A stretch of 25,553 nt of DNA from Candidatus Altimarinota bacterium (GCA_039809385.1 JBDHUY010000021.1:1-25553); one strand, 5' to 3'. Counted from the stretch's first letter, positions 8,073 to 17,487 are shown. The notes: generated from the sequence alone by a model not told the origin. Made by a program: numbers and translations.

Positions 8073-8900
8073 CTAGAGATCCTTGCGGGAGAAATTCCAC
8101 CACCCGATCAGCCAGAACAGAATCGTAAAAAGTACATAGACACCCAGCGTTTCGGCCAGTTCGAGCGAATTGTTATAGAAGAGACCGGTGAGGTATTTCA
8201 CATCGTAGGGCGACAGATAGTCAATCCAGAAAGGCAAAATAAACAGCAGAAACAAAACCGTGGCCCCGACGATCAGCGCGGTAAACGGTTTTTTGAAAAA
8301 AGTCGAGAACATCATGGCAAAAGCGACAAACACCGACAGAAAGACTTGCCCAATGGCCCAAAAGCGGATTCCGTAAGCGAGAGTCACCCCAAAATCTAGC
8401 CCCTTGAGTTGAAAACTGGCCCAGACCAGCGCAAACAACAGAGCTACCAAAGTAATTAGAGCACACTCGACGAGACTCCCCAGAAACTTAGTGAGATAGA
8501 GCTGAAAGCGCGATACGCGAAAGAGCAGGTAACGCAGAGTCCCGTCATAAACCTCCTGCGCAATCTTGTCGTAATTGAGCAGCATTACAAGCAGCGGCGT
8601 ACCGAAAATAGTGACCAGAAACAGGGCCAGATTGATAAACGGTACATTGATGAGGAAATCGATCACCTGATTATTCTGGGATCTCAGCGCGTTTTTGGCA
8701 AAGCCGAAAGCCAGATTCTGCTGGGTCTGCGTAATCCCCTGCTGCTCGAACTGTTCTAAGATGCGGGCCTGGATATGAATAAATCCCAGCGCCAGCAGCA
8801 AAAAAACGCTCAGGTAGAGGATGAGAAATAGCACCGCTTTTTTGCTGCGCCATGAATTGAGGATTTGGTCTTTGAGCAGGATCGGGAAGGTATGTTGCAC
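8073..8900 (-). CDS. ABC-2 type transporter permease
   Basis: About six TMs with the E..DGTLRYLL..VSR..LYL.KF motif. Directly upstream of the ATPase. Confidence 0.9.
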   Translation of the reverse strand: MQHTFPILLKDQILNSWRSKKAVLFLILYLSVFLLLALGFIHIQARILEQFEQQGITQTQQNLAFGFAKNALRSQNNQVIDFLINVPFINLALFLVTIFGTPLLVMLLNYDKIAQEVYDGTLRYLLFRVSRFQLYLTKFLGSLVECALITLVALLFALVWASFQLKGLDFGVTLAYGIRFWAIGQVFLSVFVAFAMMFSTFFKKPFTALIVGATVLFLLFILPFWIDYLSPYDVKYLTGLFYNNSLELAETLGVYVLFTILFWLIGWWNFSRKDL

Positions 8901-9268
8901 GGGAGAAGAAAAAAGCGCGAAGTAACAAACTTATGCTATCGGGTTCGCCAAAAATAGCAAGAAATGAATATTAAAAATAAAGCGACTGCTTCGATTGGAA
9001 ATCTGGGGCTAAACATACCCGTCAGAAAATTTTCTATATAAAAAATTGATCGATAATCTACATCCCGAGTAATACAATATTTGTGTCTTACATAAAACAA
9101 ATATAAGCATCTAGGACTTTATGAAATTAACTATATATAAAATGTCACTAAATTGGCAGCAGTTCGGACTTACCAAGCACCCATATAATACGACCCCTTC
9201 TATCTGTAATGTTTTAACAGCAGTCGTATTATACTCCATGCATCCTATTTTTTAATCCACAATACCGT

Positions 9269-10045
9269 ATGCACCGCTACCATCTTACTATTTTACTCTC
9301 GGTAGTCATTCTGGGCGCTTCCATCTTTGGCACCGCCTCCTACCTGTCGGGCCAGGGTATTCTGGTGAGAACCCCGGCGCCGACCGTAACCACCGACGGC
9401 AAGATCACCAACACCATCCTGGTCAACGGCGAAGGCAAAGTCTACGCCACGCCCGACATGGTCGAAATCAATATCACCGCTACCGAGCTGTCCAAAACCA
9501 GCAAAGAAGCTCAAACAATCGTCAACCAGCGCATCCAGCAGATCATGGAAGTTCTCAAAGACCAGGGTATTCCCGAAAAGGACATCCAGACCGTCGAACT
9601 ATCGGTCACGCCGGAATATGACTACGGTACCACCCGTACATTGCTGGGACAAAGGGCTACCCAACGTTTGAATGTGAAAATGAAAAAGATCACGCCTCAA
9701 AATGAAAAGATTACGACTGTCATCGACAAAGTGACCGAATTAAATGGCATCGAAGTCGGCTCAATCGTGTTTGATATCGAGGATAAAACTGCTCTCTTTA
9801 GCTCCGCCCGCGAGCTAGCCTTTCAAAAAGCCAAGCAAAAAGCCATCGAGCTGGCCAAACTGGGAGAAGTTAGTTTACTCAAACCGGTCACAATCAGTGA
9901 CGCGGCGGTCGAATACTACCCTCCGGTACTGTACCGGAATCAGTTTGCCGCCGACTCCAGCCTGACCAGTAACGGCGGCAGCAGCGTGGCGCTGGGCCAG
10001 CTGGAGGTAAGTGTACGGCTGGATGTAACCTGGGGAATTCAGTAA
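9269..10045 (+). CDS. SIMPL domain (DUF541) protein
   Basis: N-terminal signal/anchor, then I.VNGEGKV.A.PD, L...GI.EKDIQT and AR.LAF.KAK.KA..LA motifs. Confidence 0.92.
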   Translation: MHRYHLTILLSVVILGASIFGTASYLSGQGILVRTPAPTVTTDGKITNTILVNGEGKVYATPDMVEINITATELSKTSKEAQTIVNQRIQQIMEVLKDQGIPEKDIQTVELSVTPEYDYGTTRTLLGQRATQRLNVKMKKITPQNEKITTVIDKVTELNGIEVGSIVFDIEDKTALFSSARELAFQKAKQKAIELAKLGEVSLLKPVTISDAAVEYYPPVLYRNQFAADSSLTSNGGSSVALGQLEVSVRLDVTWGIQ

Positions 10046-10069
10046 AAGATCTTATTCAGCACCTTCAAG

Positions 10070-10105
10070 AAAAAGCCGTCGGGAAGAGTCCTGGCGGCTT
10101 TTTTT
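10070..10105 (+). terminator. Intrinsic terminator after SIMPL gene (potentially bidirectional)
   Basis: A5-GCCGTCGGGA-AGAG-TCCTGGCGGC-T7. Confidence 0.88.
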
Positions 10106-10221
10106 AGAATTCCTCTATTGACACATGTATCTGTCAGTGTACTTTTTATTTGACTATTAAATATTTATAAATAATATTCTCTACTCGACAAGTTTTATTG
10201 TCATGTAAATTATTTTCCTGT

Positions 10222-12180
10222 ATGACAAACGTCAAAGTTCCGCTGAGCCTGGAAAAATTTAAAAAAGTAGTGTCACCCGAAACAATCAGCGTAAACATTT
10301 GGGAGTTAAGCAAATCAGAGAATTTGCCTGTCAGTCTCAAACAAGCGCTCGATACATTTAAAGAACAGCTGTGGAGCATCCTGCAAAATACGATCCCTGA
10401 TAAAACCTATGCCAGGCGGGTATTGGAGACAATGGAAAAAAGCATGCAACTTATTCCGGGAGATCCCAATGCACGGCAAAAAGCACAAGATGTTCTAACG
10501 CTGGAAACGCTTCAAAATAAGGAAACAATATCTTTCGAGCTCAACTTTGAAAGCTTTCAGGGAATATCCGACGCTTCTCTGCCTACGGCCGAAGCACTTG
10601 CGAAATCTCCTAAGAAACTCGATGAATATAGCATCCAAGTTATGCAGATGTTCCAGAGAGTAACGCAAAGTTTTGTCGGGTATAAAGTACAGCAGGAAGG
10701 AGAGATACAACGAATAGCCAGCGAAATAGCCAAAATGCAGGAACTCATGGATAAGTTTAGAAAAGAACGAAACAAGGCATTAACAATCAATCCAAAAGGA
10801 GAGAAAGCGGTCGACTTAGATCATCAGTACACCACGCTGGAAACAAAAATAAAAGACGCAACCAGTAGTCAGACGGCGAAGATAGAAACACTAACTGCCA
10901 TGGAAAATGCTTTATTGGAGATAACAAGTATTCTGAGAACCATTACAACCAGCGCAAACTGGTCAAAAGAGATCATAGAGCAGCATCAGAAACTAAAAGA
11001 AATAGCCTCCCGGCTCGGACTTCATGAGATTTCACTCGGAATAACCGAGTACCGCCTGCGGGTAGAGTTTCTGATTCAGCCTGATCCTCCGGTTGCGATC
11101 GAACCAACAGACGACAAGAATACCCCGGAACAACCATTGGATGAAAAAATGACATTTGCTGATGCAGTAAAACCGTTTATGTGGGTAGCGTTTCTGGCGC
11201 TTTGTATCATCTTTATCAAAGCAAGAATGGAGCAGTGGAACAGACAACCAGAACAAGATTCACCCATAATCTCTGATGGAACACTCATGGCGTGGTACGA
11301 CAAGGATCCAATCAACCATACACCTCGTTTACGATCTCAAGAAACAATAGTTGAAGCAAAGAATGTACGTCCGTTCTTAGAGACTTATTTCGCTACGAAG
11401 ATAACCAATATTCCTGATCCGACGATCATTGACCTGGCGGATCCTGAACAAAAGATCCCAATGACTAGCAAGAGTTTAGAGCAGATATTTCCCAAAAAAA
11501 ATGGTCATGTAGCAATGCAGGTCTTCGATACTGGTGCGGTAACACTGGTTTTAATGGAGGGAGAGAATAGGAAGTACCATATTGTATTTTCGCCGTTCCA
11601 AACAAAAATAATCAGGATACGACAAACTGATCAAGAGCAGGCAACAAAACTACCTATCATTGCACCAGTTGATCCTTTTTTGGACCCGGGAAGCATATAC
11701 GCGGAAACTACTGAAAAAGCTTTTCATGCCATGTATAAAGATCTCGTTGATGAAACAAACAAGTATCGAAGAAGCACCGTTGGAGATAAGGGAAATTTCA
11801 AAATCCCTCAAGGTATACTCATCAGATTTCTTGTCAGACAAATCTTCTCTGATAAACCACCACACATAGGAATGCAGACTCACCCTGAGTTTTTAAGAGC
11901 GCTTCAGAATAAGGATTTTAAGACTATCGAATCGTATATTGCTCCTCGTATTTCTATGGATAACACTAATGGAATGCTGATTTTAGGCGATCCAACAGGA
12001 TTTAATATGAAATGGGATAGGTCAAAGATAGAAGACCTCAGCGACCTGTTTTCTTTTTTCTGTGCATATTGCGAATCCCCTCGTGATCCACGTGAAGACG
12101 CTATCGGCAACGCCGCTTTTTATGCGCGCTACGCCGAGACGATCCGGGAGAGAAACAAAAGAATCTCGAACCAGAAATAA
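10222..12180 (+). CDS. Large hypothetical protein: coiled-coil N-half, single central TM, C-terminal domain of unknown family
   Basis: Long ORF. ATG10222 is preferred over TTG10198. TM segment FMWVAFLALCIIFI. Confidence 0.8.
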   Translation: MTNVKVPLSLEKFKKVVSPETISVNIWELSKSENLPVSLKQALDTFKEQLWSILQNTIPDKTYARRVLETMEKSMQLIPGDPNARQKAQDVLTLETLQNKETISFELNFESFQGISDASLPTAEALAKSPKKLDEYSIQVMQMFQRVTQSFVGYKVQQEGEIQRIASEIAKMQELMDKFRKERNKALTINPKGEKAVDLDHQYTTLETKIKDATSSQTAKIETLTAMENALLEITSILRTITTSANWSKEIIEQHQKLKEIASRLGLHEISLGITEYRLRVEFLIQPDPPVAIEPTDDKNTPEQPLDEKMTFADAVKPFMWVAFLALCIIFIKARMEQWNRQPEQDSPIISDGTLMAWYDKDPINHTPRLRSQETIVEAKNVRPFLETYFATKITNIPDPTIIDLADPEQKIPMTSKSLEQIFPKKNGHVAMQVFDTGAVTLVLMEGENRKYHIVFSPFQTKIIRIRQTDQEQATKLPIIAPVDPFLDPGSIYAETTEKAFHAMYKDLVDETNKYRRSTVGDKGNFKIPQGILIRFLVRQIFSDKPPHIGMQTHPEFLRALQNKDFKTIESYIAPRISMDNTNGMLILGDPTGFNMKWDRSKIEDLSDLFSFFCAYCESPRDPREDAIGNAAFYARYAETIRERNKRISNQK

Positions 12181-12315
12181 GACGGACCGATTCGCCTATA
12201 GCACAACCTGTTCCTTGACAATTCAGTGTCCACAGAGAGGAACCTCAATATAATGATTGCCCCTCTCTGCGGGCATTGAATTCGTTATAACGATTCATCT
12301 TTGGACGAGATGTTT

Positions 12316-12714
12316 TTAATAGATCCCCCGTTTACGTAGCGTCGCCTCGCTCAAACCCAGATAGTGACCAATCTCATGTACAAGCACTTTATGGACTTTG
12401 TTCACGAGCTCATCACCCGCATAATTCTCAATCAGCGGCCGGGCAAACAAGACCGCGTCGGGCGGTAACATCCCCGTATCGTACGGCGTTTGATGCGGCA
12501 CCGGCACACCGTAAAATTCGCCATATTTATCTTGCGTACGACTATCCCAGACCACCCGCACCACCAGCTTTTTCAGCAAGGCGCGCATAGCAGGCGAAGT
12601 TTTGCGATACAGGAAATCGAAATGCGCCGCCACCAGCGTATGAATATAGTCGGTCAGTTTTTGTTGTTCCTCATTTTGCGGAAAAATTAAATCGGCGGCA
12701 GGGGAAAGTGACAT
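12316..12714 (-). CDS. Minimal zincin (Zincin_1-like) metallopeptidase family protein
   Basis: G.FYGVP, PD.VLF.RP and VLVHEIGHYLGLSE..L...G motifs. Confidence 0.9.
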   Translation of the reverse strand: MSLSPAADLIFPQNEEQQKLTDYIHTLVAAHFDFLYRKTSPAMRALLKKLVVRVVWDSRTQDKYGEFYGVPVPHQTPYDTGMLPPDAVLFARPLIENYAGDELVNKVHKVLVHEIGHYLGLSEATLRKRGIY

Positions 12715-12754
12715 AACGAATCACGAGTAAGCAAGACAGCAAGGATGATTATAC

Positions 12755-12923
12755 GGTACTCGGTACAAAGTACCTAGTCCATAGTTGAGGAAGACACAGG
12801 GACAAGAAATATGCGTTGTAATAATGGCATAAACTCAGCGATAAATTTTCAACGTATTTCTTATTCAAGATTCATACTTCCTGATTCATCCTAACTTTTC
12901 ACTTTGCATTTTACACTTTTCAC
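12755..12923. repeat. Clusters of degenerate 7-nt tandem repeats
   Basis: ggtactc ggtacaa agtacct agtccat (12755-12782); attcaag attcata cttcctg attcatc (12863-12890); ttttcac tttgcat tttacac ttttcac (12896-12923). Confidence 0.65.
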
Positions 12924-12927
12924 TCCC

Positions 12928-13722
12928 TTATCCCCCGAACGTCATAAAATTGCTGCTCTCGTAACGCTGTACTGCCCGATAAAACACAAAAAGCGACAAT
13001 GCCAGCCAGAAAACGGCCAAGAGCGTCAGAAAAAGCAGATTTTGCGATGAGAGATCACGCACCGTTTCCGCCGGAATCGTACCGATCAACAACGACGGGA
13101 TGACAAACGTGAACACGAACCGCAGTGCCCCCTGAAAGGCCCCGCCGTGAAAAAGTGCCGGACTCAGAAACATTTCAAACAGACTGGAAGTAATCGCGTG
13201 CGCGTCAGCAAAGAGAAAACTGGCCGAATGAATGATCACCGCCGTAGCAAAAAAGATGATCGTGGTCAGAAAAACCAATACGAACAGTACGGCCAGACGC
13301 GGTCCATCTGCCTGAACCAGGAAAGCGTAACCCAGCAGACAGACTAGTCCGAATGCAACATCGCCCAGCGCTGAAACGTTCAACGAAGATAGAGACGTGC
13401 GCATCAAAAGATTTTTGGGAGATAACAGAAACGTATCGAATGTCCCGCTGCTGGTATAATCCGGCAGTTTGCGGATACCGGCCAGCAGGGAAAATACGAT
13501 CCCGAAACACAGCGCCGAAAATCCCTGCAGCGCCACCACGTCGGCAGCGTTCCATCCGCCTATGGTGCCGACCGCCTGGATGAAAAAGATCCAGACGATT
13601 AAAAAAGAGGTATTGTTGATCATCATGCCGACAATGTTTATCAAAAAACTGGTACGCAATTCCGCGCTATTTTGCAGATTCTTCCTTATAGTGTAAAACA
13701 AGAAGCGCAGTTCGTTTTTCAT
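12928..13722 (-). CDS. ABC-2 family (DUF990 / ABC2_membrane_6-like) permease
   Basis: About six TMs with IGGW, GTFD.FLL.P and P...F.G..RF.FTFVIP motifs. ATG13722 is preferred because the ORF-track start lies inside a palindrome. Confidence 0.9.
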   Translation of the reverse strand: MKNELRFLFYTIRKNLQNSAELRTSFLINIVGMMINNTSFLIVWIFFIQAVGTIGGWNAADVVALQGFSALCFGIVFSLLAGIRKLPDYTSSGTFDTFLLSPKNLLMRTSLSSLNVSALGDVAFGLVCLLGYAFLVQADGPRLAVLFVLVFLTTIIFFATAVIIHSASFLFADAHAITSSLFEMFLSPALFHGGAFQGALRFVFTFVIPSLLIGTIPAETVRDLSSQNLLFLTLLAVFWLALSLFVFYRAVQRYESSNFMTFGG

Positions 13723-13772
13723 ATAATTCTTTACTGTGCGTCTGATAGAAAAAATGGATAAAAATTCCCTGG

Positions 13773-13812
13773 AATCCCGTAGAGACGCATTGCAATGCAT
13801 CTCTACGGGATT
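13773..13812. repeat. GTAG-type REP-like palindrome
   Basis: AATCCCGTAGAGACGCATTGCAATGCATCTCTACGGGATT, 40 nt with one mismatched pair. Confidence 0.85.
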
Positions 13813-13827
13813 TCTAATACCCCTGCC

Positions 13828-14628
13828 TCAACCCCCGTTCACCGACACCCGCCGCCGGGCCCGCTGAAAGACCAGATAGGTAATACTTCCCAACACCACG
13901 ATCCAAAACAACTGAATCGCTAACAACCGCCACCACTCATCTTGCCAGCTCACATAGACCGTATGCGTGATAAACTGGGAAGCACCGAAAGGGCTGTAAA
14001 TCGCCAACTGTTTTACAAAATCGGGAAAGAGCGCCACCGGCAGATAGGATCCGCCCAGAATCATCACCATCTTGTCCACGATCCAAAAGATAGGGTTACT
14101 GTCTTCGATCCAGAAAGCCGTCAGTCCAATAATAGCATAAATAAACAAGGCCAGAAAAATACCTCCAACAATACTCAAAAGGATCGTTGGGAGAAATAAC
14201 ACGTTGAGCATTGTCGCCGGAAAACCGATCGTAATAAACAGTACCAGGGTTCCCAAGACCAGAATCACCAAAAACGGATACAACCCTGCTCCAACCTGCC
14301 ACCACCAGCGGTACCACAGATACGACACCGGCTTGTTCAGCATCAGTTCGACCGCACCCGACTGGACATCCTGGATGATCTGCTTGGAAAGCTCGCGAAT
14401 ACGTAAGACCGAGAGCCAGAAGTACAGAAACATGCTCCATGCCGCCACATCAAACGTAATACCGGCTACAGTTCCCCCCCGCAGTCCAAACACATAGGAA
14501 TAGAGCAGCAAGACAATACCGCAGCGCGCCATCACCGCCACCGTGTCGGTAACCAGCCGTCCGGGATAAAAAATCCGGTCTTTAAATAGAGTTTTGACTA
14601 ACGTCCACGCCACTCTAAGGTCTTTCAT
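13828..14628 (-). CDS. ABC-2 family (DUF990-like) permease
   Basis: DVQSG.VE.ML.KP.SY, AFWIED and [11 protein letters not shown]...PF motifs; about six TMs. Confidence 0.9.
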   Translation of the reverse strand: MKDLRVAWTLVKTLFKDRIFYPGRLVTDTVAVMARCGIVLLLYSYVFGLRGGTVAGITFDVAAWSMFLYFWLSVLRIRELSKQIIQDVQSGAVELMLNKPVSYLWYRWWWQVGAGLYPFLVILVLGTLVLFITIGFPATMLNVLFLPTILLSIVGGIFLALFIYAIIGLTAFWIEDSNPIFWIVDKMVMILGGSYLPVALFPDFVKQLAIYSPFGASQFITHTVYVSWQDEWWRLLAIQLFWIVVLGSITYLVFQRARRRVSVNGG

Positions 14629-15601
14629 ACATATCGCGGATTACGGTTTCAAGATCGATACTGTAGACATTCAAGTCTTTTATATCAAAAAGCTCCAGGA
14701 GGGTTCGCAGCGCAATGCGCAGTTCGACGCGGGAGAGATCCACCATGACCGTAATCTTTTGATTTTCCTGCAAACGGTAGCGGATACCGGCGGGAAGATC
14801 CGGGAATTCGGAAAAGCTGGCGGTCGGGATCAGGTCGACATATTTTTCATGTAAAAAAGCGTTGGAGAGTTCGCGGGTAGGCAGATCTTTGACAATAGTC
14901 CCGTGATTGACCACGATCGTACGTCCGGCCAGCGATTCGATATCGCCCACATCGTGGGAGGTCAGAAAAACGGTAGTCCCCTGCTCTTTATTGATCTTGA
15001 GTAACAAATCGCGCAACGATTTTTTGGCCACGACATCCAGCCCGATCGTCGGCTCATCCAGAAACAAGATCTCGGGGTGGTGCATTAAAGACGCCGCAAC
15101 TTCGGCCCGCATCCGCTGTCCCAAAGACAGTTTCCGTACCGGTTGAGACGCAAAACCAGACAGATCGAACAATACGATCAACTCTTCCATCCGGTCGTGA
15201 ATCTGGCGCGCAGAAAGATCGTACATGACGCCGAAAAACTCCAGAGAATCGGTTAAAGGAAGATTGGCGAATAACTGGGAACGCTGGCCGAACACAGTAC
15301 CGATGCGGTATGCCAGTTTTTTACGATCCCGGGTGGGATCAAGGCCCAAGACCCGTATGTGCCCCGACGTGGGAAACAAGATACCGGTCAACATTTTGAT
15401 GGTGGTCGATTTTCCGGCCCCGTTGGGACCGATAAAGGCGATCCTTTCGCCCTGCGTAACCGAAAACGAAATATCGCTCACCGCCGGTACCTCTTTTTTC
15501 AGAGGCATAAAAAGATTACGCCACCAGGATACTCCAGGTGTCTTGGTCGAAAAAGTAAACGTTTTGGTGAGGTTTTTTACCTCGATGGCGACAGGTTGCA
15601 T
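14615..15601 (-). CDS. ABC transporter ATP-binding protein (DrrA/NatA-like exporter)
   Basis: [36 protein letters not shown] and TSH motifs. ATG15601 is chosen because the upstream ORF extension runs through a terminator. Confidence 0.95.
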   Translation of the reverse strand: MQPVAIEVKNLTKTFTFSTKTPGVSWWRNLFMPLKKEVPAVSDISFSVTQGERIAFIGPNGAGKSTTIKMLTGILFPTSGHIRVLGLDPTRDRKKLAYRIGTVFGQRSQLFANLPLTDSLEFFGVMYDLSARQIHDRMEELIVLFDLSGFASQPVRKLSLGQRMRAEVAASLMHHPEILFLDEPTIGLDVVAKKSLRDLLLKINKEQGTTVFLTSHDVGDIESLAGRTIVVNHGTIVKDLPTRELSNAFLHEKYVDLIPTASFSEFPDLPAGIRYRLQENQKITVMVDLSRVELRIALRTLLELFDIKDLNVYSIDLETVIRDMYERP

Positions 15602-15620
15602 AGGAAGAAAAGTTCGATAG

Positions 15621-15651
15621 AAAAAAAAGGTCCACCGTGGCGGACCTTTTT
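15621..15651 (-). terminator. Intrinsic terminator in the 5' leader of the ABC operon (attenuator)
   Basis: The minus strand reads AAAAA-GGTCCGC-CACG-GTGGACC-T8 and ends 19 nt before ATG15601. Confidence 0.85.
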
Positions 15652-15684
15652 CTTTATATATTCCTGAATAGTTGAAAGAGAATA

Positions 15685-15735
15685 TCAGAAAAGATCCACA
15701 TCCCGACGGGGAGTGACGCGGAAAATGAGAGACAT
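15685..15735 (-). CDS. Putative 16-aa leader peptide [16 protein letters not shown]
   Basis: ATG...TGA mini-ORF overlapping the candidate protector and antiterminator strands. A TATGAT -10-like hexamer lies about 22 nt upstream. Confidence 0.55.
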   Translation of the reverse strand: MSLIFRVTPRRDVDLF

Positions 15736-15808
15736 CTGACAGTGACGGTACGAGCAAATCATAGACAAAGGGGTTTTACAAAAATTCACCGCGGGATCAA
15801 AAATAAAC

Positions 15809-15852
15809 TGGAGCAGGGAACCGCCGCTTTACGGGGTCTCCGCCCAACCTGC
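15809..15852 (-). other. 44-nt tRNA-Gly-like mini element ending in U-CCA
   Basis: GCAGGTTGGGCGGAGACCCCGTAAAGCGGCGGTTCCCTGCTCCA. GCAGG pairs with CCTGC, and the last 13 nt match the tRNA-Gly 3' end at 11/13. Confidence 0.45.
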
Positions 15853-15875
15853 CCATGGGAACAGGATTTGCAGCT

Positions 15876-15950
15876 TGGAGCGGGTAACGGGACTCGAACC
15901 CGTATAGCCAACTTGGAAGGCTGGTGTACTAGCCATTGTACTATACCCGC
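15876..15950 (-). tRNA. tRNA-Gly (anticodon TCC)
   Basis: Cloverleaf with acceptor GCGGGTA/TACCCGC, anticodon arm CCAGC-CTTCCAA-GTTGG, T-arm ACGGG-TTCGAGT-CCCGT, U73 and encoded CCA. Confidence 0.97.
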
Positions 15951-15987
15951 GGGAAAACGCTATTGGAAAGATTACAAGAGAAGATGT

Positions 15988-16197
15988 TTAGCGTACAAAG
16001 GGCATCAGATCCATAAACCGGGCATTTTTGATCGAGTTGGCCAGTTTTTTCTGGTGCTGCAAGCAAGTACCGGTATAGTAGCGCGCTTTGATACGACCAA
16101 AACGGTCGGTAAACGGTTTGATCAGTTTAATATTCTTGTAATCGACATAGTCGACTTTGGCTTTACACAATTGGCAGTATTTTTTCGAATCGTTCAT
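15988..16197 (-). CDS. rpsR: 30S ribosomal protein S18 (Cys-containing type)
   Basis: YCQLC...VDYKN..L..F....G.I..R..TG.C..HQ..L...IK.AR...L.PF. Confidence 0.97.
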   Translation of the reverse strand: MNDSKKYCQLCKAKVDYVDYKNIKLIKPFTDRFGRIKARYYTGTCLQHQKKLANSIKNARFMDLMPFVR

Positions 16198-16211
16198 AGA
16201 GGGAGGGACAA

Positions 16212-16314
16212 GTATTAGGTATAAAGTATCTGGTATCTAGTATGGGGCCAAAGACACAGGCATTACTGGCTTTCGTTACTCTGACTCTGAGCGAGAACGA
16301 AGAGAGAGAGTCCC
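16212..16314. repeat. 7-nt tandem repeats plus degenerate palindromic-element arm between rpsF and rpsR
   Basis: gtattag gtataaa gtatctg gtatcta gtat (16212-16243). GTTACTCTGACTCTGAGCGAGAACGAAGAGAGAGAGTCCC (16275-16314) resembles 20906-20930. Confidence 0.6.
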
Positions 16315-16400
16315 GTGCGTTGCTGTGGTCAGTTGATTTCTGGTGCGATTCGTTAATCTCTCGCGCTACGAAAGCTTTTCCGTCTTCGAACAGGCATGTT

Positions 16401-17012
16401 TTAAAGATCGCTCAGATTGTCCAGAATATCCTTGATGCCTTCGTCGAAATCCTTTTTCTTCTTGGAAGATTTGGCCGGTTTTTCTTCCTCGGGTTGTTCG
16501 ACTACTTCTTCGGCTTCAGGCTCGGGCTGCGATACAGGCCGTGTTTCTTCCTCTGGAACTACTTTGGGAGCTTTTTTGACGACCGGCTTCTTCTCTTCTT
16601 TCACAGGGGCCGCAGGTTTTACCTCTTTCTTGGTCTCAACCACAGGCGCAGCTGCTTTGGCATCTTTTTTCTCGTCTTTTTCTTCCAGCACGGCAAACGG
16701 TTTGACTTCGAAGTTATGCGGGAGACGAATCATCAGAAACCGCAGGAGAGGCGTCATCAGTTGAAATTCGCGACGCATAGGGGTCACATCACCGTCAAAA
16801 GTGAAATTTAACACTACGTAGATCGCTTTATTTTGCCCTTTCATCGGATAGTAGAGGTCGCGCTTTCCCCAGACTTGTTCGTGGAAAATATTGCCGGAAC
16901 GAGTCAACAGTGCTTTGATCGAATCAAGTTCTTTGTGCAACTCTTTTTCGGTCAGTTGCGGCATGAAAGCCAGCATAAGTTCGAATTTGTTGCTTTTGGC
17001 GGAACGGGACAT
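16401..17012 (-). CDS. rpsF: 30S ribosomal protein S6 with long Lys/Glu/Pro-rich C-terminal extension
   Basis: FELM, WGKRDLYYPMK and LLRFLMIR motifs in the first ~98 aa. Lies upstream of rpsR. Confidence 0.93.
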   Translation of the reverse strand: MSRSAKSNKFELMLAFMPQLTEKELHKELDSIKALLTRSGNIFHEQVWGKRDLYYPMKGQNKAIYVVLNFTFDGDVTPMRREFQLMTPLLRFLMIRLPHNFEVKPFAVLEEKDEKKDAKAAAPVVETKKEVKPAAPVKEEKKPVVKKAPKVVPEEETRPVSQPEPEAEEVVEQPEEEKPAKSSKKKKDFDEGIKDILDNLSDL

Positions 17013-17031
17013 AGGATAAAAAAAGAAGATT

Positions 17032-17086
17032 CCTTATTAGCTGTGAATAAGGGGGTATAAAATGAGAGTACAGCACTCTCATTTTA
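17032..17086 (-). promoter_or_regulatory. Two-hairpin leader upstream of rpsF (possible S6:S18 autoregulatory RNA)
   Basis: A perfect 12-bp stem TAAAATGAGAGT/ACTCTCATTTTA (17058-17086) and a 7-bp stem CCTTATT/AATAAGG (17032-17052), with a C-run on the mRNA strand. Confidence 0.4.
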
Positions 17087-17266
17087 CTGAAGCGCAAAGC
17101 AGATGCAAGCTTTTTTAGCTAACAGCTGAAACGAATCACGAAGAAAGAATTACGAATACCGGATTGTAAAAATTCATCAGGAATTCACACGGAACATGAA
17201 GCAGGAAGCATAAATCAGGATATAGCTCCTCTTGCTACTATGGAAATTCGGCAAAACACGGTGTTC

Positions 17267-17402
17267 GTCTTTCTAAGCGAGAGGCAAGAATCTGCCTCCT
17301 TAGCGTCGTCGTGCTACAGAGAATGACAAGCAGAGGCTCGTCACCCCGTTCAGAGTGATGGACAGTCCAGTTATTCCGAGCGAAGCGAAGAATCTGCTTC
17401 CT
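17267..17402. repeat. Cluster of GTCA(C/T)TC(T/C)GAGCGAAGCGAAGA(G/A)TC-type palindromic element arms
   Basis: Left arms at 17267-17293 and 17370-17395, both followed by GC(C/T)TCCT. A degenerate right arm lies at about 17335-17359. Confidence 0.65.
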
Positions 17403-17487
17403 CCCCTACCCATGCGATCCAAATTCTGCTATCATACCGCTCGCTATGCTTTTGTACGCGTTTCTGGTATAGTAGACAGAAAGACAT

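Noticed and set aside
15809-15950. Integrated element bounded by tRNA-Gly 3'-end duplication
   Set aside because: The two ends are only 67 nt apart with no integrase or cargo. Kept only as a tRNA-like mini element.
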